A DNA stretch of 36,836 nt. It comes from a virus. The notes below the pieces were generated by a model. That model did no database searches. It had not been told where the DNA came from and saw nothing but the letters and a program-made list of their open reading frames with translations. The stretch covers positions 1 to 36,836 of the IMG/VR virus record IMGVR_UViG_3300027861_000007, one strand, 5' to 3'. Shown here piece by piece: positions 30,628 through 36,836 of the stretch; positions within the stretch are counted from its first letter, which is position 1; every line of letters begins with the position of its first letter. The position numbers and the translations under genes were made by a program.

Positions 30628-31218
30628 AGTTTCTTGGTTATCTAAATAAGTAAGCACTTGTTCGCTTAACTGAACAGGTGCAAGCCCTTTTACTGCTGGT
30701 ATATTGGTAAGAGCAATCCCAATCAGCACGTTCTTGATTTTTTCACCAGTAGAGAAATGTGGATAATTAAGAGCAAGTTCCGAACTAATAAACCTGAACT
30801 GTTTGCTTTTAATCTTCTCCATTCCTAAAGGAGTCCATTCAACTTCTGCAAAAAGAATATCATCATCCATATAAACACTCTTTACCCAGCCAGCAGCTTC
30901 CCCATCTCTATCATGGCTAAAATTTACTTGCAGATCTACGCCATAAACTCCTTCCGAGAAGTTTACAACAAAGTCTTCTAGCATTTTTTTGGTAATTTTC
31001 AGTCCTCTATCATGGATAGTACCGACCTTGAGTATTTCTATAGTTGAAAACTTTTCTTCTTTCAGTAGCTCAACATCCACCATACTGATGTAATCCAAAA
31101 CATTTCGAGCATCGAGTGCTTCAGTTTTAGGCATATCAATTTGGTTAGTTTTAGCCTCGCTATCAAAAAGACCCAGCTTGTGCAGATCTTTGAATGATGA
31201 AACTTTTTTGATAGTCAT
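29956..31218 (-). CDS. Prohead protease (Mu gpI-like) fused to an E/K-rich scaffold region
   Basis: The N-terminal 190 aa (VNFSHDRDGEAAGWVKSVYMDDDILFAEVEWTPLGMEKIKSKQFRFISSEL) are gpI-like. They are followed by about 90 aa of almost pure E/K/V low complexity and then a helical C-terminus. Confidence 0.6.
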   Translation of the reverse strand: MTIKKVSSFKDLHKLGLFDSEAKTNQIDMPKTEALDARNVLDYISMVDVELLKEEKFSTIEILKVGTIHDRGLKITKKMLEDFVVNFSEGVYGVDLQVNFSHDRDGEAAGWVKSVYMDDDILFAEVEWTPLGMEKIKSKQFRFISSELALNYPHFSTGEKIKNVLIGIALTNIPAVKGLAPVQLSEQVLTYLDNQETMPKKKELLEEEVKEEAAEEVVEEKEAVEEEAVEEVVEEKEEEKVEEEEKVEEVEAEEEAELEEEEVKEEEKEEEKEEEKEEVVEEEAKEELEEKVETVALSEYQKLEEELKGLQGKLDVKDLSEDVEDSLVLSEANSVGFLDDNVEEVVNFMIGLSEEQRTAFKGLIGKVRTVDLSTIGSTSASTSKFTADEVVSLADKLLEEGKTDDIEQAQKMAIAQLLSK

Positions 31219-31242
31219 AGGCTCGTGTTTAAATTCGAGCCT
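31219..31242 (-). promoter_or_regulatory. 7-bp GC-rich hairpin abutting the protease ATG
   Basis: Minus strand: AGGCTCG-aatttaaaca-CGAGCCT followed immediately by ATG (31218). No U-tract follows. Confidence 0.35.
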
Positions 31243-31391
31243 CTAGGGGCTTCTAAACGCATTATAGGTTATTCTTGTCACTATTGCAAATTAAATTGCT
31301 CATAGCCCCACATCTCTTACATTTTACAACAACTACGCCATCGCTTATCGCATACATAAAAAGCAACTTTTTACACTTGTTGCATCTAAAC

Positions 31392-33599
31392 TCATTTGTC
31401 TTTAAGTCTTCTTTTGATTTCTTCTTGGACTCCTTCATTTGCTCTGTTTATAGGTTTCTTTAGTTGAGTGAAACTATTTATAGCTGGCACTCCGCCAACA
31501 GTTTCAATATTAGAAGTTACAGTCTTTGGTAATCCTATAGTTCCATCTATAGACTCATCTCCTAATATTGGCACCCATATACCTCGACAATGAGTATGTA
31601 CCAAATCCATTTTAGCCATAGGATCATCAGCCCGAACTATTCTTTGATCTAAACTCATGCACATGGCACACGTCCTACCATCCAATATCTCGCTCCTCTG
31701 ATACGCTTTAATGTTAAAGGCATTCTTATTAAAAACAGCCCTTCTTCCTTTATTAACATATTCCCCAACAGCAGATCCACTTATATTAGTTATCATCTTA
31801 CTAGCTTGATTCTTCGCTATCTCATTCACCGCTATTGCTATTGCTGGTATTGCTACCTCCTTTGAATAACCTTCTTTGGCAACAGTCTTTGCAGCCACAT
31901 TTAACTCACTCACAAACCCATCCGCTATCTGTCCCGATTCAAAATCTAACGATTGACTATCTATAGCAGGAGTAGGTGGTTTCCCAACATCCATCTCGGT
32001 ACTAGCAGTGGTCTTTCCTGTTTCGTAAGATTTCTTCATAGCCTCCTTCACGATCTGCTTAATAGAACTCTTACTAGCAAAATCAATATCAGCAACACCC
32101 TTTAAATCGCCAGCCTTTAACTTTCCAGTCATTCTGTTGATAGCCTTTTGCAATTTCTCCGATACCGCTAAAACCAAAGCGGCAGTCAAGGCATCTTCCT
32201 CTTGATTAAACTCATTATTTAAAAATCGAAAGTCGACCCGTTTCTCTTGCAAGGTCAAGTCCCGAAATAAATCTAGGCTTTTTTTTTGAGCCAAATGCTC
32301 GTGCATCTTTTCTTTAGGCTCTTCTATTTTTGGCTTATCTGGGGACTCTTCTACCTCTCCCACATCATCATCTATAGCATCCAACTCTTCCTCGGTAAGC
32401 TCTGGCAATTTAAATGTGTCATGTACGAATTTAGTCATCTTGCCACTTTTCTTAATCAATCCTGCTGTAGTTAATACATTTAGAACCTCACTCATTTCTT
32501 TAAAGTCTATGTCACCAAGAGAAGTAAATCTTAATTGAGGCATGATCTCTCTAGGACCGAAGTTAATCTCTATCAGTGGAATAAGAACCTGTTTGGTAAA
32601 TTGTTCTGCTACATAACTCGCTTTGTCTTCAACATGCTTTAAAAAGAAACTTGATTGATCTTTTGACAATGCAAAGCTTCCAGTTGAGTCAGATCCTAGT
32701 CCTAGGAATCCAGCCAATACATTCATCAAGATCATTTTATTGTGATGTTGTATTTGACTTTCAATAGCCTGTCCTTGTGGATTTCCACTAGGCGTAACGA
32801 TCTCAACCTCCCACCCCTGATTTGGTAAGATTATCCTATTCTCTTCATTAGCTCTTAAATTCTTCGCCATATCCTCTGCCTCTGCTTTCTCATCATCACC
32901 TGCACCATCCGGCATTGTGATTTTAGGTATACCAACCCCATATCGTTCAGCACTAATACTAGCAACCCGATAAAGAGTATCTTTAATAAAATAATGCTTC
33001 CACGCTGGTCTTAATATACTCTGTCCTGTTATGTCATCACCCTCTTTATCATTAGTAAAAACAAGCAACTTATTCATCGGTATCTCTACGCTAGTTGCTT
33101 CCGCTTCGTCTGTATTGATATTCTGCACAATCCCTCTGCGACCGTCCGACAATTGCCAATTCTGAATAGATGCAGGAATCCTCGGCTCTAAATCTCTAAT
33201 ATAAATCTTTCCATCTCTTTTCTCGTACACTATCTCGAAAGGATAGAAACCAAAATCTAAATACCCCAAAGATTCACGCAAAAAATCCTTCCACGTTCTT
33301 TGCATAGTATCTATATTCTCCTGTGCAAAATCTTTAATCTCTTGATCCTTTGCATTATCGCTTGCAATTTCTACATACCATCGTGTTGCTAACATAGGTG
33401 CCTTAATAGCATTAAGAACAGCTTTTATTGCACCATCACTCCTTCGCATCTCTTCTACTAGATCAACTCGGGAATCATCACGCCATTGAGCGTTAGGCTC
33501 ATCCTGGAAATAACCTCCATACCTTTCAGATCCAGAGTCTCCAAGAGTCTTAATCAGATCCGAGATAGATAAAGGTTTTTGCGGTTTTAAAGTACTCAT
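31392..33599 (-). CDS. Portal protein (Mu gp29/DUF935-like) fused to a MuF/SPP1 gp7-like minor head domain
   Basis: The N-terminal part (EEMRRSDGAIKAVLNAIKAPMLATRWYVE...) is portal-like. The C-terminal part (YQRSEILDGRTCAMCMSLDQRIV...VHTHCRGIWVPI) has the MuF-type D.RTC..C...H..CR signature. Confidence 0.7.
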   Translation of the reverse strand: MSTLKPQKPLSISDLIKTLGDSGSERYGGYFQDEPNAQWRDDSRVDLVEEMRRSDGAIKAVLNAIKAPMLATRWYVEIASDNAKDQEIKDFAQENIDTMQRTWKDFLRESLGYLDFGFYPFEIVYEKRDGKIYIRDLEPRIPASIQNWQLSDGRRGIVQNINTDEAEATSVEIPMNKLLVFTNDKEGDDITGQSILRPAWKHYFIKDTLYRVASISAERYGVGIPKITMPDGAGDDEKAEAEDMAKNLRANEENRIILPNQGWEVEIVTPSGNPQGQAIESQIQHHNKMILMNVLAGFLGLGSDSTGSFALSKDQSSFFLKHVEDKASYVAEQFTKQVLIPLIEINFGPREIMPQLRFTSLGDIDFKEMSEVLNVLTTAGLIKKSGKMTKFVHDTFKLPELTEEELDAIDDDVGEVEESPDKPKIEEPKEKMHEHLAQKKSLDLFRDLTLQEKRVDFRFLNNEFNQEEDALTAALVLAVSEKLQKAINRMTGKLKAGDLKGVADIDFASKSSIKQIVKEAMKKSYETGKTTASTEMDVGKPPTPAIDSQSLDFESGQIADGFVSELNVAAKTVAKEGYSKEVAIPAIAIAVNEIAKNQASKMITNISGSAVGEYVNKGRRAVFNKNAFNIKAYQRSEILDGRTCAMCMSLDQRIVRADDPMAKMDLVHTHCRGIWVPILGDESIDGTIGLPKTVTSNIETVGGVPAINSFTQLKKPINRANEGVQEEIKRRLKDK

Positions 33600-33616
33600 A
33601 TATGAATTTTTTAAGT

Positions 33617-35107
33617 CTAAAATTTGACTTTTCGGATGTTCCCTACAATTGTGCTATTGCTATTATAGCCTATTTTACTGGTACTTGTAAAACCAGTTTT
33701 ATCTAAATACTCTAAAGCGTAAGCCATCGAGTCAATATCATCATCATGATCTACCTCTGGAAAACAAACTAGGCTTTCTGTAAACCCTCTTAATGATTCG
33801 TGGAATAATATGTATCCATTCTCAAAATCAGGTTCATGCATCTGCATTCTCGCTATCTTATCCTTTCCTTTAGGCTCAACTGCTACCAAAGGCAAAGTCC
33901 TGTTATCATTATTTACATTGGGTAAATCTATCCTTCCACCTTTCCAATCTAATAATAATTGATACACAGCCACTTGAGCCATTACCTTCTCAACTCCTAC
34001 TATTCTAATCCTTTCGTGCTGTTGGAATACCCTTACAACTAAAGCCGCTTGATTCATCTGGGTATCCCTACCACCTCTAACTTCTAAAACATATTTATTA
34101 TTTTGCTTTCTAAACTTTCCTGCAACACAAAGCCCATAATAATCAGCACTCTTTGATTCCCCTGCTTGTGGATCGAACATTAAAACCTTACTAAAAAAAT
34201 CATCCTCATCAACATTTGAAAAGAACTTAATCCATTCTTTCTTTATTCGTGAGGTTTCTTCGTTGATCGGATTATTCAAGATCTCTTGTGAGAATATTCT
34301 AGTCCCCAGCTCTTTCTTCATCTCCATTAACTTTTCCATAGGAAACATATAAGGCCATATCGATTCCCCTTTCTCTATTCCTTTTCTAAATATCCCGCCA
34401 TGTTGCTTATAAAATTTAAAGATTTCACAATTAGGTGATATAATAGTTCCTATCATTTTTATATATCCTCTCACTGCATCCTTTGACGGAAAAACCACAC
34501 TATACAACCACTCATGCAATTTAATCCTACGATCCAAGCTCTTTACCTGCTCATCATCCTCAACATCATCACAAATTATCTTTGTAGGTCTTTGATTCTT
34601 AATGTTCACACCTCTTCCTTTACCAGCACCCCTCGCTACCATGTTACAACCATTTGAAGTCTCAAAATGAGTATTAGTCCACTTTCGCCCTAAATCACTC
34701 TCTGGAGGTACTAGATTGCCATACGTCTTAATAAGAAACTGATTGTTCTCTAATTCTGTTTTAATACTTTCAAAATGAAACTGTGCATCCCTTAAAGTAT
34801 TTGAGATATAAAGAATTACAGGCTCTAGTCCATATACAATATCATGCAAGGCATCTATCTTGATCCATGTTGATTTAGCAAACCCTCTGGGGAATACAAC
34901 AGCTCCATCTTTACGATCCGCTATTGCTTGAATAAGATCCCTGTGACATTCTGGCACTTCACTTTCTCCTTTGATGATATGAGGGAAGAAGAACTTTCCA
35001 AACAGATGCAGATGCTCTTTGTCTTTTAAAGTGTCATAGACCCATTTTCCATGCTCATCATCTGATATTGAATCAAGATCTCCTGCCCATTGCTTAAAGC
35101 TAGGCAT
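33617..35107 (-). CDS. terL: Terminase large subunit (496 aa from ATG 35107)
   Basis: Walker-A-like FPRGFAKST and an acidic DD/E segment (ICDDVEDDEQ). It lies after terS and before the portal. The track start at 35161 is a TTG with a 62-nt overlap; the ATG at 35107 gives an 8-nt overlap. Confidence 0.85.
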   Translation of the reverse strand: MPSFKQWAGDLDSISDDEHGKWVYDTLKDKEHLHLFGKFFFPHIIKGESEVPECHRDLIQAIADRKDGAVVFPRGFAKSTWIKIDALHDIVYGLEPVILYISNTLRDAQFHFESIKTELENNQFLIKTYGNLVPPESDLGRKWTNTHFETSNGCNMVARGAGKGRGVNIKNQRPTKIICDDVEDDEQVKSLDRRIKLHEWLYSVVFPSKDAVRGYIKMIGTIISPNCEIFKFYKQHGGIFRKGIEKGESIWPYMFPMEKLMEMKKELGTRIFSQEILNNPINEETSRIKKEWIKFFSNVDEDDFFSKVLMFDPQAGESKSADYYGLCVAGKFRKQNNKYVLEVRGGRDTQMNQAALVVRVFQQHERIRIVGVEKVMAQVAVYQLLLDWKGGRIDLPNVNNDNRTLPLVAVEPKGKDKIARMQMHEPDFENGYILFHESLRGFTESLVCFPEVDHDDDIDSMAYALEYLDKTGFTSTSKIGYNSNSTIVGNIRKVKF

Positions 35108-35510
35108 CCTTTTTATATTTTTTAAGTCTTTTCTTTGCTTCCTTACTATAGCTGAATTCAACAGGTTCTCCCTTATCCCCTGTTACCTCTGATCGTTGAG
35201 CGAACTCATCCTTCTTCTTTCTTTCCAAATACTTAAACGCTAAATTCGGATCATCTTCCATTCCCTTTACTACTATTTCCCTTGCTCTTAAAGTAGGACT
35301 ATCCTTGAGTAGTTCTTTTCGCTCTGAAAACTTTGGGTTCTCTTGACAATACTTATATAATGTTGACGGGACAATTCCTGCATATAAGCATGCCTCTCTA
35401 TCGCTTGCACCATAGGCATATACTCTCTCTAGTTTTCGTATCACCTCTTCGGTCATTACGGTAGGTCTTCCATCCTTTTTGTGTAAGTGTTTAGGCTTTT
35501 TAGGTGTCAT
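35100..35510 (-). CDS. terS: Terminase small subunit (HTH type)
   Basis: GRPTVMTEEVIRKLERVYAYGASDREACLYAGIVPSTLYKYCQENPKF is the typical N-terminal HTH of small terminases. It lies immediately upstream of terL. Confidence 0.7.
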   Translation of the reverse strand: MTPKKPKHLHKKDGRPTVMTEEVIRKLERVYAYGASDREACLYAGIVPSTLYKYCQENPKFSERKELLKDSPTLRAREIVVKGMEDDPNLAFKYLERKKKDEFAQRSEVTGDKGEPVEFSYSKEAKKRLKKYKKDA

Positions 35511-35512
35511 AT

Positions 35513-36244
35513 TTATATTCCTTTAATTGGTATTTGTACTATTGGATTTATAGATAAGTTTCCATTCTGTGTTTTCCTTTTAATCGTTACCACTCTATCT
35601 CCCCATTTCTTTTGAAAAGCAATTGCTTGATCTTCTTCTTTTTTTACTGTCCGATAAGAAGCACAACCTCCTTTGGCTGTTATGTGATCACAACTATAAT
35701 GGTATTTATTCATTCTTAATATCCTTCTATGCTTATTTAATACTTGTAAGGCATAATCATAATCTTCTTTTAAACCTAATCTTTCGTCGAATCGTATCTC
35801 TTTATCTTTTATCAAAGCAAAGAATGGTCCTAATACTACACTTGAGAAACTGAAAGGAGAGTATTCTCTATAAAACTTCTTGTCCGATTGCAAGTTAAGT
35901 CCCCATAAGGTAGTTCCTAGATCCCTGCACAATTGGAATCCTCTTTCTATTAAATTGTAAACCTCCTTCTCTTCCATCTTTACCATTTCTTCTCTTTCAT
36001 AATATCCAATGTGGCTTATATCATCATCCATCATTACTACTTCTCCTGGAGAGTTATCCAATATGTAGTTTCTTATCTTCGCCATTCCTTTACCCTTTAG
36101 ATCATCTGGGATTGTTACAATTATGTTACAATTATGTTTTTTATATTCCTCTGCTTCAAACTCATGACAGAATATCACCGCTTGTTTTAACAGTTTTGCA
36201 GTTTTACAATTCTGGGCTCTTTTGTATGACGGCACAGCTATCAT
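35513..36244 (-). CDS. GT-A-fold glycosyltransferase-like protein
   Basis: The N-terminal IAVPSYKR resembles the GT2 (I/V)P.YNR strand, and VVMMDDDISH looks like a DxD motif. It is coupled (ATGA) to the ParB-like gene. Confidence 0.4.
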   Translation of the reverse strand: MIAVPSYKRAQNCKTAKLLKQAVIFCHEFEAEEYKKHNCNIIVTIPDDLKGKGMAKIRNYILDNSPGEVVMMDDDISHIGYYEREEMVKMEEKEVYNLIERGFQLCRDLGTTLWGLNLQSDKKFYREYSPFSFSSVVLGPFFALIKDKEIRFDERLGLKEDYDYALQVLNKHRRILRMNKYHYSCDHITAKGGCASYRTVKKEEDQAIAFQKKWGDRVVTIKRKTQNGNLSINPIVQIPIKGI

Positions 36245-36836
36245 TCTATAAGTTTAAGTAATGCATCCCCCTTAATCACTCTGCCAACGCCGAGTCTGCG
36301 ATAGTCTTTCTTACTATCCGAAGCCTGGACTGTTTTCAATCCGAAATAATCCTCGACTACATTCCAATCAATAGAGTTATCAAAAGCGAATACAACATAA
36401 TTGTTTTCCTCTAATAATTCCGCAGTAAACTCAACCTCTGCTTCTACCTTTTTATCTTGATCTAAAAACCCTTCATCATACCCTGTAAGTTTAATATCAT
36501 ACCCCTCCATCCTTAAATCTTCCAACTCCTCAAGGATAAGTTTCTTATTCACTCCACTTTCGGCGATCTTGTTATCCGCTAATCTAAAGGCCCTGACCTG
36601 TTTTTGATTCAAATCATCAGCAACAATCACTGGTACCACCTCTAGCCCCAACCTCTTCGCAGCCATGACGCGCCCATGCCCTGATATAATAACGTTATTC
36701 TTGTCGACGATCACAGGCACTTTAAAACCAACCTCCCGAATAATATCAGCCAATTGTTTAACTTGTTTGGCAGGATGCTTCTTGGCATTCTTCTCATATA
36801 ACTTTAAATCCTCAACAGCAGCAGTCTTATATTTAG
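36241..36836 (-). CDS. ParB/Srx-like nuclease-domain protein (3' portion; the 5' end wraps to 149..128)
   Basis: ...KHPAKQVKQLADIIREVGFKVPVIVDKNNVIISGHGRVMAAKRLGLEVVPVIV...LTGYDEGFLD is the ParB N-terminal-domain pattern. The C-terminal 75 aa are unassigned. Confidence 0.7.
   Translation of the reverse strand, partial: KYKTAAVEDLKLYEKNAKKHPAKQVKQLADIIREVGFKVPVIVDKNNVIISGHGRVMAAKRLGLEVVPVIVADDLNQKQVRAFRLADNKIAESGVNKKLILEELEDLRMEGYDIKLTGYDEGFLDQDKKVEAEVEFTAELLEENNYVVFAFDNSIDWNVVEDYFGLKTVQASDSKKDYRRLGVGRVIKGDALLKLIE
36710..36836. repeat. Terminal direct repeat, copy 2 (identical to 1..127)
   Basis: Same comparison as copy 1. Confidence 0.9.

Noticed and set aside
31231-31244. TTCGAGCC resembling a tRNA T-loop
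   Set aside because: It is simply one arm of the AGGCTCG/CGAGCCT hairpin. No acceptor or anticodon arms surround it.
31262-31357. 31-codon minus-strand ORF (MYAISDGVVVVKCKRCGAMSNLICNSDKNNL) in the portal-protease gap
   Set aside because: It has only three Cys, no leader box, and is very short. It cannot be distinguished from chance without conservation or translation data.
33617-35161. Longer ORF-track versions of terL (TTG 35161), of gene 1290..1730 (TTG 1730) and of the SSB-like gene (TTG 5707)
   Set aside because: Their starts are TTG codons lying inside the preceding gene. In-frame ATGs with short overlaps or gaps, and in one case the TAACC box, are more plausible.
58-36000. All plus-strand ORFs in the track (for example 58..372, 1715..1954, 2456..2739, 3483..3743, 15152..15677, 16065..16700, 17522..17917, 24955..25320, 26173..26445, 30032..30629, 35623..35853)
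   Set aside because: Each lies antisense to a longer, motif-bearing minus-strand gene. Each has a low-complexity or hydrophobic shadow-frame composition and lacks the leader box seen at real starts.

Overview
The window is one complete tailed-phage (siphovirus-type) genome assembled as a closed circle. Bases 1-127 are identical to 36710-36836, leaving 36,709 unique bp. Every credible gene lies on the minus strand; the plus-strand ORFs in the track look like antisense shadows. In transcription order (high to low coordinates) the layout is as follows. (1) A ParB-like nuclease gene that spans the contig junction, then a GT-A-like glycosyltransferase. (2) terS and terL. (3) A Mu-type head module: a DUF935-like portal fused to a MuF-like domain, a gpI-like protease with an E/K-rich scaffold tail and a probable nested scaffold start, a DUF2190-like decoration protein, and the major capsid protein. 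(4) An unusual 8.6-kb block of 11 genes placed before the head-tail connector genes: fibre-like, LamG/CBM lectin-like, two paralogous ~190-aa proteins and two small membrane proteins. (5) A tail module: large tube protein, chaperone with an A9 -1 frameshift site that explains an apparent coding gap, tape measure, 806-aa distal tail protein, an extremely glycine-rich fibre, and an M23 peptidase. (6) Tandem terminators, then a 0.55-kb ORF-free region rich in repeats and hairpins. (7) Two early-type operons driven by a duplicated sigma70-like promoter/leader cassette. They encode a lysozyme-like protein, a LexA-N-terminal-like wHTH, PD-(D/E)xK nucleases, an SSB-like protein, an excisionase-type HTH, a NinG/HNH-like nuclease and many small proteins. 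I recognised no integrase, polymerase, primase/helicase, tRNA, CRISPR array or reverse transcriptase. There are essentially no Shine-Dalgarno sequences; a (T/A)TAAC(C/A) box sits 7-11 nt upstream of about half of the start codons. I propose four sub-60-codon genes, one frameshift product and one nested in-frame start that the ORF track lacks. All functional calls come from motifs read by eye, not from database searches.
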